Below are positions 1 through 13,918 of a DNA stretch of 64,000 nucleotides, in pieces. A program made the translations under genes and the position numbers. Position 1 is the stretch's first letter. Each line of letters starts with the position of its first letter. The notes below the pieces were generated by a model that searched no databases, was not told the origin of the DNA, and worked only from the letters and a program-made list of their open reading frames with translations. This DNA is from Octopus vulgaris (lineage: Eukaryota), in NCBI GenBank assembly GCA_951406725.2, contig OX597814.1, forward strand, positions 108,934,001-108,998,000. Direction: 5' to 3'.

Positions 1-153
1 TCGCTGCCTGGAATCTTGGGGTTAGTAGCCTATAGTAACCACTATGCCATATGCCCATGTAAATAATGTAAATAATATACATAATTCATCATCTCTGAAA
101 TATAGAATTGTACAACTGAATTGATTTAAAATAAAATGCATTTATGAACTTAC

Positions 154-387
154 ATCAGATTGTTCTGGAATACAAACTGCACTTGCAGGAATCATCAGTT
201 CTGAAACATTTGTATTGAAATTAAAATGAGCTGGAATGGTTAGCGGATTCTCAAGTTTGACCGTATGTCGTATGCTGGAGCGAACTGGGGTGACAAGTTC
301 AATATTCCCCAAACTTCCTGATTTAATCGATCGAAGGGTCAGTTCATAAAATTGGTATTCACCTGTCTCTAAATGAGTAAAGATTAC
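154..387 (-). CDS. HYDIN: HYDIN exon ([14 protein letters not shown]...TPVR...LENPL)
   Basis: cag acceptor, gtaagt donor, 234 nt, phase 0/0; absent from the ORF track. Confidence 0.92.
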
Positions 388-3300
388 CTGTAATGAATTA
401 AAAGAATAATAATGAAGATATAATAATGATAATAATAATAATAACGAACTTATTGTATACAGTGCTCAGTTGCACTACAACTCATCAGAAGAAACAGCTA
501 AAAATGCATGTGCAATGGATATAGGATAAGGCATGGGAAGTGGACACAGGATAAGGCGTGGGAAGTGGACATAGGATAAGGCACGGGAAATGGACATAGG
601 ATAAGGCATGGGAAGTGGACATAGGATAAGGCATGGGAAGTGGACATAGATTAAGGCATGGGAAGTGGACATAGGACAAGGCATGAGAAGTGGACATAGG
701 ACAAGGCACGGGAAGTGGACATAGATTAAGGCACGGGAAGTGGACATAGGTTAATGCGTGGAAAGTGGACATAGGACAAGGCATGGGAAGTGGACATAGA
801 TTAAGGCATGGGAAGTGGACATAGGATAAGGCACGGGAAGTGGACATAGGATAAGGCACGGGAAGTGGACATAGGATAAGGCATGGGAAGTGGACATAGG
901 ATAAGGCACGTGGAGTGGACATAGGATAAGGCACGGGAAGTGGACATAGGATAAGGCATGGGAAGTGGACATAGGATAAGGCATGGAAAGTGGACATAGG
1001 ATAAGGCATGGGAAGTGGACATAGAATAAGGCACGGGAAGTGGACATAGGTTAATGCGTGGAAGTGGACATAGATTAAGGCATGGGATAAGACGTGGGAA
1101 GTGAACATAGGATAAGGCACGGGAAGTGGACATAAGATAAGGCACGGGAAGTGAACACAGGATAAGGCACGGGAAGTGAACACAGGATAAGGCACGGGAA
1201 GTGGATACAGGATAAGGCACGGGAAGTGGACACAGGATAAGGCACGGGAAGTGGACACAGGATAAGGCACGGGAAGTGGACACAGGACAAGGCATGGGAA
1301 GTGGACCATAAATAAGTTCTTTAAGAAAAAAGTGGGGGATGATGGACATCAGGTGGACTGTTGGTGAATTTCAGGAAGCATGGAAGCTTTGAAGAATGAA
1401 GTGTCCCAACAGCCAACAACTGATGTGGGAATTTTTTTCCATGCTTCACCTATTCCCAATGTAAATTAAATGTTTCTGAAAGTCGTGGGTGTTGTGGGGT
1501 TTTTGTTTTCTGTTTTTGTTTTTTTTTTTGATTTTATAAGCATGTCCATTAGTATTAGATGCCTGGAATTGAAAAAGGTGCCCCAAGGTTGTTGTTGGAA
1601 AGATGGTGGTGGATAATCTTGTGGGTGTCTACCAAGTCAGCTGTCAGACATGAGAGCTTTACTGTGTCCATGTCCAGGGAAGCAAGCCATTCAGAGTATG
1701 GTCAACGCCTGATGCAGCAGGTATCCTTTTCGTTGCATGTTTCTTAACAGTTTTCAGGAAGTTGATGCTCTGAGCAAAATAGGGGTTCTGGACTGGTGGT
1801 AAATAACTTAATTGAAAATGAAGAAATGGATTCTCTCTTCAAGCAACAGGCACACAAATGTCCTGGCTGTGTGTGAGCATGAGCACGTGTGTGCTCTTTG
1901 GGATTTGTTTAAGGATTTTTGCTTTCCTTTGCAGAATTCAAACTGGTCATTAATAACGGGGCAAAACATTTTTGCCAAGTCAGGACAGTTCTTAGGGATT
2001 GTAGCTAAGTGAATTGCTTGATATGTGAATGCGCGTGTGTGTGTATTGCATATGTAGCTTTGTAATTGTATGTATGTGTTCATTATGAGACCTCAAATGA
2101 AGTATACCTGAAATGTTTTACTAATTTCCACAGCATCTTCAATGGATTTTGAGAATGTGTGTGTGTGTGTGTTTTTTTTTAATTTAGGGTTAATTCTGGT
2201 CGACCCCAAGGTTCTGCAGGAAAGTATCTTTTGTTGTTTAATCTTTAAATCGCGCGTGCGCGTATTAGTAAGAAATTTCATTCAGTGTAAGAGAAAAAAG
2301 GGAAATAAATATTTACAGCGTGTGAAATTAATTCCCTTTACCGAGTTGCCTCCCTTCGTACAAAAAAACAAATGGCTTCTTTATTATATTTTATGACTAA
2401 AATTATTTTTACATGAAAATAACAGGATATATTTGTATTCTTATCTTAATGTATTGAATTATAAGATATATGTGTATGCTATTGATGTTCTCATTTTGTT
2501 AGATGAATAAATAATCGAACATAATATCCGACAGTTGATGAACAAACTAAATTTGTTTCTCCATTTTCTTATTTATATATATATACTAGCTTAAGGTGAC
2601 CCGCTCTATGCACAAGTGAAGTTGTGGCTGTTACTTTCTGTTTCTTATCGCCACATTCTCCCTCTTTGTTTCTCTATCCTTTCTCATTTTCCCACTCTCT
2701 TACTCTTCCTTTCTGACTTTCCCTCGCTTTCTCTTACTCTTTATCTTTCTCTGTCTATCTCTCTGCCATTTATTAAAAAAAATTAAATTTCTGCGTTTAA
2801 ATTACAAATCTGCTTCCACTTTACCATGTTGAAAATTTGATTGAAATCGGGCAAAAGGTGTCCGATCTAGACCACCAAGTGTCCCCCAAAATAAGTAAAA
2901 TCCCAGTTTTCACTCCAAAGCAACCAATGTAGCGCCACAAAATGTCTCCCAATCAAATTCCCCCCTCAAGTTACCCCCTCCTGTAAATTTGAATCCCCTT
3001 CCAGCCCCATTTAGACCCCTTTTTACATAAAAATCCAATTTGTATCAATGTTCGCCTTCTTCATTTTATAGATAAGATTAGATGCCAATCGAACCAATCT
3101 GGAGGGGGGGGGCTTAGAGCCCCCTTGAATCTTCTCACCATAGCAACCGCATCTTTCCAGATGGTGAGTTTTAACCTACTCAACACTGCCTCATTACGCC
3201 TTCTATGCCTGTGTCAATTTTCAGCTCGATCTGACCACTGGTGTGGCCGCCAACCTCTGATGTAGCAAAATGTGCACACACTTTTGACCCAAAGCCTCTT

Positions 3301-6300
3301 TTATATATATATATATATATATATAGATAGCAGAGAAACCTGGACTTGCTCGGGATTAAAATAGTTTATCATTGTTTTATTTGTTTCGGTATTATAACTC
3401 GATTTCATTCGGGTCTACGTGAGCCACACTTTAAAGATGAGGAATTTTGCCCTAGAGTCCACACCTTTCAATTGAGCAAACTCAAAGTTGCCATGCAAAC
3501 TCGCCAGGATTTTTAATATAGGTGTGCAAATTTTCCTAACGCCAACCACTCCGAGAGTGTAGTGGGTGCTTTTATGTGCCACCGGCACGAGGGCCAGTCA
3601 GGCGGTACTGGCAATGGCCACGCTCAAATGGTGCTTTTTATGTGCCACCTGCACAGGAGCCAGTCCAGCAGAACTGGAAATGACCTCTCTCGAATGTTTT
3701 TTTTTCACATGCCACCAGCACAAGTGCTAGTAAGGTGACGCAGGTAACGACCATGCTCGAATGGTGTTTTTAACATGCCATCAGCACGGAGGCCAGCTTG
3801 TTGCTCTGGCAACAATCTCACTCATATGGTACTCTTAGCGCTCCACTAGCAAGGATGTCAATAATCGAATTTGATTTCTATTTCGATTTATATATATATA
3901 TATATATATACACACCCTTAGCATTCTAATTCCCCTCTCTCATAATTATCATATATTACTATAGAGCAAGGACTTACTTTTATGCTGCTTATTCCTTCCT
4001 TGTAAGCATGAAAATCCAGTTTGTAATTCTTCTGACAACCAGCTGGTACATCAATGTAGTCTAAACCAGTTATTGTCGTGGTGGGATCAACTTTGTCAGC
4101 TTTATAGACTTCTCTTTTCACATTAAAGCTGGAAACATGAGAAGAATTTAACAGAAATCCTAAGCAACAGAGAAAGTACATTATGAAATGTCAATTTTAA
4201 TTATAATAATGAATAATAATGAACTGATTGTATACAGTGCTTAGCTACACTTCAAGTCATAAGTAAAGGTAGACTAAAGTGCAAGAACAGTTCATAGAAT
4301 AATGCAGAAATAAGTTTGTGGAAGATGTGAGAAAGGAGGTGGAGGGCTGGCGAGGTCAGTGGAAACACTACGTGATGAGGTGAAGACAGTAAGAGGGTTT
4401 TGTTACTTGGAAGATAGAGTGGATGTAAGTGGGGGATGTGAAGTAGCTGTGATGTCAAGAGTGAGACTTGGCTGGGTGAAGTTCAGGGAATGTGGGGCAT
4501 TATTATATAGGAAAAGGCTCTCATTGAAGACGAAAGGAAAAGTCTATAGGAGTCGTGTGAGAGCTGCTGTATGGGAATGAGACAAGGTGTTTGAGGGAGA
4601 GAGAAAGAGATGGCAATTTTGAGAAGGACTGAGAGAGCAATGGTGAGAGAAATGTGTGACATGAGACTGTTTGATAAAAGGAGGACTTAATGGGGACGCT
4701 GGAGTTGGAGGAATCAGTAGAACAGCTGGCAAGGGCGAATGGGGTGAGATGATATGGGCATGTGTTGAGGAAGGATAAGGAACATATTCTGAAGAGAGTG
4801 CAAGAGTTTGAGGTGAATGGATAGCGAAAGCGAGGTAGACTGAGGAAAATGTGGAGGGGACAGGTGGAGGAGATTAGGACGGTTGGCTTAAGAAGGGAGG
4901 ATGCCCAAAACTGGGCAAGATGGTGTGAGGGTGGTTGCTATGGCATTGAGGTAGATCTAGCTACCCCCATTAATGAGGACAAAACCCAGATTCAAAATGA
5001 TGGATGATGATGATAATGAAGTGAACTGGAAAAAAAGGTTGAGGCGGGGAGGGGGCATCAGGTGTACTGTTGGTGAATTCCAAGATGTATGGAAGTTTTG
5101 AAGGATGCAGTGTCCCAACAGCTAACAACTGATATGGGTAGTTTATTCCATGCTTCAGTGATTCAAAATATCAAAAAAATTGCTTCCAAAAGTCATTGGT
5201 GTTGTGTTGCTTTTTGATTTTGTGTGTCCATAAGTGTTAGATATAGGACTCAAAAAGAAGCCCAAAATTGCTGTTGAAAAAAAAAAAAAGCAAAACATCT
5301 TTATCAGAAATAAAATTTTTTAAAATCTTAAGTAAATTTTGTTTAATCTGCACAATATCGAAGACATACTGTTCTCTGTGTTTCTGTAAGAAAAAACCTT
5401 GAAAGATTACTTTGTGTCTTCCACAATGCTAGTTGAGGAATGGTTGCTGTGGTTTTCTTGGGGTTAACTGAAATCAACCCCTTATAAAGACTTATTTCAT
5501 TACTTATTCATTGCAATTTAAACATTTTAGTCTGTTAGATGTGTAGAAAAGGCGTGTTATACTCTTTTACTTGTTTCAGTCATTTGACTGTGGCCATGCT
5601 GGAGCACCGCCTTTTTAGTCGAGCAAATCGACCCCAGGACTTATTCTTTGTAAGCCCAGTACTTATTCTATTAGTCTCTTTTGCCGAACCGCTAAGTTAC
5701 GGGGACATAAACACACCAGCAGCAGTTGTCAAGCGATGTTGGGGGGGCAAACACAGACACACAAACACACATATATATATATATACATACATATATACAA
5801 CAGGCTTCTTTCAGTTTCCGTCTACCAAATCCACTCACAAGGCTTTGGTCGGCCCGAAGCTATAGTAGAAGACACTTGCCCAAGGTCCCAGAACCATGTG
5901 GTTGGTAAGCAAGCTACTTACCACACAGCCACTCCTGCGACTGTTATATTAAAGATGTCCACTTCTTTTACAGATTCTTTATTAAAAATTGGTGATATAT
6001 AATGACTGATATAACGACTGGGTTAGTCAAGGCCCTGCCCCCACAATCAAGCAGATGGGAGGAGGAAGATGACAAGAGGAGGGGAAGATGATAAGAAGAG
6101 GGAAAATATGATGAGAGGGTGAGAAGAGAGAGAGAGAGGAGAGAAATATGGTTGTACCTGATTGTCTGCTTGCTCCAATTGTAAACCGGAAGAAGTTCTG
6201 TGTACTTTGTCTTGTAAGGGATGTCTCGAATAATTTTATCGACAGGCTTGGGAGGATCTGCAATGCCGAATAAATTGTAAAAGATGCCTGTCCCGTCTGG

Positions 6301-7725
6301 CAGTGGGAACAATATGGATCCCTGTAAAGACAAATAATGTTGTAGACAAAATGATCGGACAACCATCAAGGGAGAAATAAATATAGAAAAATGAGTTACA
6401 ATGAGGGTTCTAGTTGATCCGATCCACAGACATGTGTGCCCTTAATGTAGTTCTCAAGGAGATTCAGCGTGACACAGAGTGTGACAAGACTGACCCTTTG
6501 TAATTACAGGTACAAACTCATTTTTGCCAGGTGAGTAGACAGGAACAATGTGAAATAAAATGTCTTGCTCAAAGACACTATGTGCCACCAGCAGGAATCA
6601 AACTTACAACTTTATGATCCTTAGTTGAACTCCCTAACCACCAAGCCATGTGCTCTCACTTATACGATAACAAACCAAATACTGCAACCACTAAGCTATG
6701 TGTCTTCACCCTATATCTCACATTTCCATCCTATATCACAAACATTAGTAAAAAAAATCATATAGTTTCCTTCCAACGTTTTTATTGGTTCTTTAAAACA
6801 TTATTTTTTCTTCTTCTTCTTCTTCTTATTATTATTCAAATTACGATGAACGTAAACAAACAAATGAAGTTTGCTTTAGAAGCATTGAAATGTCTTAGAA
6901 AGTTAAAGAAGTGATTTTAAATTCTCAAACACAAGATAATGCTAATAGGCGGCGAGCTGGCAGAGTGGTTAGCACGCTGGGCAAAATGCTTAGTGGTATT
7001 TCGTCTGTCTTTACATTCTGAGTTCAAATTCTGCCAATGTCAACTTTGCCTTTCATCCTTTTGGGGGTCGATAAATTAAGTACCAGTTGCATAGTGGAAT
7101 CAATCTAATCAACTGGGCCCCTCCCCACAAATTTCAAGCCTTGTGCCTTTAGTAGAAAGGATTATTATTATTAAGAGGGCAGTGCATGCCATCAAAGTAA
7201 CACTGGAGTCAAATATATGAAGCCCAGTATACCCATCATCACTACCCATCTGATAAGGGTACACCAGGCACATGCATCACAACCATATGTGCGTGACACA
7301 GTGCTCTCATATCAAGAGAAACAGTGCATGACCATAAAGGTGGGGCCCAGTTAGAAATTTCTTCAGGTCGAGTAACCCATCCCACTCAAAAGGTCCCTGA
7401 ATAAGGGTTGTTTAAGGATGTTGAACAAATCACTCATGTTTCCAAAGGTGAATTATCCAAACCCCAAAGAATTCCTCTCAACACATGGTTATAATGCTCC
7501 CCTACTACTCCTGCTTGTAATCAGAGATGTATATATCATCAGTCACTAAGGGACATGCTCAACCGGTTAAGGTCAAACAACTGACAAGCAAATCTGTGGT
7601 ATTGAGCAGAATATTTGCTGTAGCCCATGTTTTACACCAAGACAAAACAATGTACATGATAACACTTCAAATCAGTTAATATCAGAAGCCATGAGAGCCA
7701 CTGCCTGGTACTGCATCAGGGCATC

Positions 7726-7764
<39 letters not shown>

Positions 7765-10585
7765 GGCAGCAAACTGGTAGAACCATTAGCAAGCCAAGCA
7801 AAAGGCTTAGCAATATTTCATCCGTCTTTACATTCTGAGTTCAAATTCCACTGAAATCAACTTTTCCCTTCATCCCTTCAAGGTCAATAACATAAGTACC
7901 ATTGAGCGCTGGGGTTGATTTAATTGACTTACTCACTCACCCAACATTACTGGCCTTGTGCCAAAATTCGAAACCATTATTAATATTATTAACTATTTCA
8001 ATGGAACTCTGCTTTACGCACAGCATATAAACCCTCGACTTGTTTTATTTATCTTTGCGAATTTGTGTTCTATACATGGGAAACCACACAACTATGCAAA
8101 AATCCACCAAAAATTTTTTAAATGATTTAAGGGGTATTTAGCTGTTATTTTTAGCACATCTCATGACCACCGCATACCTGCCTTGTTTGTTTGTCATTTT
8201 CTCACCATAAACACATTTAAAGGTCCTTTGCTAGTATTTAAGCAAAAAATTCTATGATTTAAAAACAATGTTTGAAAAATTATTTTTTAATTTTGAAAAA
8301 TTTAAAAAAATTTTTTTAAATCTTTTTTTTTCATAATTGTGTGAATTCCCATATGTAGAACACACATTCTGAAAATATGCTTAGAGCAGAATTATGCCAC
8401 TATTTTCTATTTACCGTATGTTTCTTGCCATCGGCACCAGTCATCCGCATAGGTTTGTAGGTAATTTCATAAGCTTTGCTGGCCTGGGGTTCCACAACAA
8501 ATTTCAAAGGACCTTGCCAATAGATTCCATCAATTATTGGTCTCAGTTCCCAAAGTTGGTTGGTTTTGTTGCTGATAATCAGGTTCTTGGTTTCCTTGTG
8601 TCGGACATGAGTTTGGAAGTTGCAAATATCCCGAACAGTTGGCGTCCCTGTACAAGTTCCTGTCAGCGTCAGTAACAATGGTGGGTATTCTCCTTCATTC
8701 ACATAGCATGGGATATTCTGGCAATGACAACAATATATACACATATATATATGTGTGTGCAGGTACACAAATATTAACAAGAGAGGATGGATTGAACATG
8801 TTTCGTTACATTTCACTGCAATTGTTTCAGCACATCATTACCAGCTGTTAATTGCTGAATGTTACATATATTATAAATAAGTTGATTAATTCAATCAGCA
8901 AATATAATAGCATTTGGTAGCCAATGCTTGCAGAGAGGCTTTGAAAAGCACACTATAAGTTGTTTTTTTTTACCTGATTGTGTGTGTAAATATATATATA
9001 TAGATATATATGTATATATATATTGAGAAAAAAGGTCGTCAGAATTTTGGAAAAAATCTTTTTATTTCTTCATTATTATTAGCACCTTCCTGTTGTTTCT
9101 CAAACTTGTCAAATAGAATTTTGTGAATGTATAAACAGCTTGTTCATTTTTGGGGGGTTTGTTTGTTTATCTATCTATCTATCTATCTATCTAACAGCCT
9201 ACCTACCTACCTATATTTCTATCTATCCATCTCCATTGTCATGGAACCCCCCTCCCCCCCCAAAAAAAACAAAGTTCTCTTCTAAGCAAAACCACCCCCA
9301 AAAACATTTGTTTTATATATATGAACAAGCTGTTTGTATATTCACAAAATTTTATTTGACATGTTCGAGAAACAAATGAAAGCGCTAAAAATAATGAAAA
9401 AATTGAAAGGTTTTTTTCCAGTATTCTAACAACCATTTTTCTCAATATTTAATTTTTGTACACCACACCCAACACTCTATACGTACGTACACACACACAC
9501 ATACATACATATACACACACATATAGATCCAATATAGGTAGAATCAGCACAAAAATACTCTATCCAATGAGGGATAAATATCAGTTTAATATGCAGCTGA
9601 AAAAGCTAATAGTTTCATGCTTTTATGATACTTGAGCAGGCCTATTTATAAAACATGCCCTGTATCTTAAAGCTATCTTTCAGGCTCTGTTTATGTGTTA
9701 TGAATATTTTAATACCAAGGACGCTGGACAGTGATGAAAATAAATGTCTGGAAAAAATGTGACAAAGGTTGGTGCAAGAAATGGAATGAGAAAAAGGAAA
9801 CAAAATCAAGAAAACTAAGATCCTCAGCCTCAGATTGTAGAAAGCCAATTAAATATAACTGGTATAGAACAAAATAACAGAAAATATATCAAAATTTGCA
9901 AGGCAGCAACTCAATTTGACAAAAGAAATCTGTCCATGTGTTTACAACTGCTAAAAATTTCAGATCTGGAATTAAGCAGTGTGTTAGAATAGCTAGATCT
10001 AAGAAGAATATGAGATCTTTCTGCTATACGTAGGTTGCATTTCTTAGGTCCATTAACATATGGCTTGGATTTCTCACCTATTCTTCAATTAATTGAACAT
10101 TTTGGGAATCTTTTGCTAGCATTTGAGATTATGGCATTTTTGCATTCTTGAGCTTATTGGCATCTGATAGCTAGCCCTGGTTTATCTCTGGATTATGTCA
10201 GTAGAGTGGAAAGGGTCTGTGAGGTGCCATGCAAGCCTTATTGGATCTAAAATTTTAGGTTGTGAAATCACCATTGAGACAACTATCCGATGCTATGGTT
10301 GAGTAGGAAGGAATCATGGTGAGCACTGATGAAGCTGGCTGTTAGTGCATTAACCTCATGGACAGGCATTGCCGGCATTTTGCATGGGCAGTGGTCAATG
10401 ATGGTTTTCTTGGTCATGAGGGGACAGCCATTGTCATACATATATAAACATAGATACACACACACAAACAAAGTAGAGAGAGAGAGAGAGAGAGAGTAGT
10501 TTTCTTTGTTGTGAATTTTCATTCAGAAATGATAATAATAATGAACATGTAAACCAGTTTTTCACAAAAATTAACTGTAAAAAGA

Positions 10586-10633
<48 letters not shown>

Positions 10634-11545
10634 TTATGAAGACTGGCATATCTCTACGGGAAGGTAAATAGACAATAAGAAGAGTGCAAAGTGATTTGTA
10701 ATAGAAATTGTTTATTTAATGGTTTGAACACTATTTCAACAGATTGTGCATCTTCTTCAAGTTCAAAAGGTGAAATGGAAACAACCACAGAATTCAAAAT
10801 ATAAATGAGGAAATCCTGTGTTCCTATTTTTGATAGAATGACATCAGAAGTTTTCAATTTCATAACTGGTAAAAGGAAAAAGAAGAAGAAAAGAAAAAAG
10901 ACAGACGAGCTGTTGAAATATTGTTCAAACCTTTAAATAAGCAATCTCTGTTACAAATCGCAACATGCTCTTCTTATCGTCCAGTAATAATAATAATAAC
11001 AATCATCATCATCATCATCGTTTAACATCCGCTTTCCATGCTGGCATGGGTTGGACGATTTGACTGAGGACTGGTGATCCAGATGGCTGCGCCAGGCTCC
11101 AATCTGATCTGGCAGAGTTTCTACAGCTAGATGCCCTTCCTAACACCAACCATTCTGAGAGTGTAGTGGGTGCTTTTAAAGTGCCACCGGCATGAGGGCC
11201 ACTCTGGCGGTACTGGCAATGGCCACGCTTGAAAATGGTGTTTTTTACGTGCCACCTGCACAAGAGTCAGTCCAGCAGCACTGGCAATGACCTTGCTTGA
11301 ATGTTTTGTTCACGTGCCAATAGTAGTAGTAGTAGTAACAACAATAACAATAAGTGCTACCTGACTGGCTCCTGTGCCAGAGGCATGTAAAAAGCACCCA
11401 CTACACTCTTGGAGTGGTTGGCATTAGGAAGGGCATCCAGCTGTAAAACCCTTGCCAGATCAGATTGGAGCCTGATGCAGCCACTGGCTCTCCAGACCTC
11501 ATTCAAACCATCCAATTCATGCCAGCATGAAAAACAGACATATGA

Positions 11546-11578
<33 letters not shown>

Positions 11579-13853
11579 TAATAATACCAGCAAAAAAAAA
11601 GAAGTAACACCAGAGTGGTTGACAATGGGTAGGACAGTGCTGTGCTTGAAAAACATTGACAAAGGCAATACTAATTACAGGCCAATATCCTGTTTGTCAC
11701 TTACATGGACATTATTAACTGGAACAGTCGCAGAGTCAATGTACGAATATCTGGAAAAAATGGAGTCCTGCCACATGAGCAGAAGGGTTGCAAGTGTAAG
11801 TGCAAAGGTACCATGGATCAACTCCTGATAGACAAAACTGTACTTAGAGACTGCAAGAGGAGGAAAACTAACTTAGCCATGTCATGGATCAATTATCGTA
11901 AGGCATATGATATGATTCTACATTCTTGGATTATGGAATATATGAACCTATTTGGTATTGCATCGAATGTTGAGCGATTGCTTGGACCTGACGGTATACG
12001 GAAGAAATTTAAGGACAATAGAAATCAGGAGAGGCATCTTCCAAGGGGACTGCCTGTTCCCACTGATCTTTGAACTGTGCATGATACCACTAACACTGAT
12101 TCTGAAGAAAGCAAAGGCTGGGTGCGTATTCATGACCTCAATCTTTATGGTAAGGATGAAGCCCAGGTCAGTTCCTTCGTTGATATAGTGTATACTATGA
12201 AAGCGTATGGCATATTACCAGTCAATGTACGCCACTCACCCAGAAAGAATATAAGAGACATCATGACAATATAGCAAGGATTGTCCATTGGACACTTTGC
12301 CACAAGTATGGACTTGACAGAGCAAAAAAGTGGTACGAACATAAACCCAAAAGCATCATCGAAAATGGTAATGCAAAAATCCTGTGGGATTTTATGATTC
12401 AATGCAACCATGAGATAGAGAATAGGAAGCCAGACATAGTGTTAATTGAGAAAGAAAGCAAATGATGCTGGATCATAGATATAGCATGCCCCAGCTGTGA
12501 CAACAAGGCATACGATAAGGAAGAAAGGAAAGTCGATAGATATAACAGGTTAGCTTGAGAGGTTAAGCAGTTGTGGTCGCTGAAAAAGGTGGTAGTAGTA
12601 TCAATAATTGTCGGAGCCTTGAGAACAGTGAGTAAAAATCTTGAGAAGTACATGGAACAAATAGGGGCTGCAATAAGGGCAGAGCACTTGCAGAAAACAG
12701 CACTGCTTGGAACTCCTCAAATACTCAGGAAGGTGCTCGAGAAAATAAGAGGTGTTACATTAGTTCACTGTTAGTGAACAGCTGGCACCGTAGTACATGT
12801 CCAGCATTAGAAGCTGTGCAAAGACAACAAAATAATAATAATAACAATACCTTATAACGAATATCGCGCTGTATCTTCAGGGGTTTAAATATCACCTCAA
12901 AGATAACTTGCTTTCCAACAATCATATGACACTGAACAGGAGAAATGTTAAAGTCTGGAGAAAGCCTGTCTATATCCCATCGAATTCTGAAAAAAAAGAA
13001 AAGAAAAATACACAGAATATACAATGAATCATCATCATCATCATCATCGTCACCACCATCATCATCATCATTTAGCAATCCTGTTCCCTGCTGGCATGGG
13101 TTGGATGGCTTAGCAGGATCCAGGGGCACCAAATAGTGTACTGGGTGCTTTGTTTTTCATGGCACCAGCATTCGTGAGGTCACCATGTACCTCAGAGGAC
13201 CTCAAGCGGGGAGGGTAGGTTTGTGGGTGGTAGTGGTGAGAGGAGATGGGGTGGGGGTAGAGAATGGGGGTAGAAACTTTGAAGAGACAGATAAGAGATG
13301 GGGTATCTGGGTGGCTCCTTGAATGGGGTGAGTAGGAATGGGTGGGGATGGGGATGCAAGGTTGTACAGGGAGGAGATGAGGGGATAGGGTGGCAGCCCA
13401 CAACTGTAAAAAGAAAGTTGGGTAGAGTTGCAGGGTGGATAACTGATGAGTCACAAGGTAGGGAAGGTAGAGGAATGCAGAAGAGGATCCAGATAGTAAT
13501 GAGAGAGCTTCCAGGAAGAGGAAATGGTTGGATAGGCTGCAGAGGTGGGGGTGGGGTGGGGGGCAAGAGAGGTGGGTGTAGTGCCTAATGAGAGGTAATT
13601 TGGTTCGGTTGAGGGGGAGGGGGATGAGTCAATGCTACATGTGTCTCATGATGATGATGTTTGTAATATATACATACAGATGTACACACACACACACACA
13701 CAGACATACTTACAGACAGACAGGCAGACTGCTGCTGCTGAACAATGAATGATGTAATGCAGTTATACTGCACAGCACAGGTAAAACAATTGAAATTCTA
13801 AATATGACATCACTTACATCATCCACTCTCTCTTTACCTACTCTGTGTAAGCA

Positions 13854-13918
<65 letters not shown>

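Noticed and set aside
521-1306. CRISPR or telomeric array
   Set aside because: No unique spacers and no TTAGGG-type unit.
475-1349. Long Cys/Pro-rich ORFs in three minus frames
   Set aside because: They are translations of the 25-bp minisatellite (25-aa periodicity) and lie in an intron.
9900-10400. DIRS tyrosine-recombinase remnant (HEVNALTAS)
   Set aside because: One short motif with no supporting domains.
13200-13625. G-rich tract as a functional G-quadruplex or Pro-rich ORF
   Set aside because: Low-complexity, purine-skewed sequence attached to a repeat remnant; nothing specific supports function.
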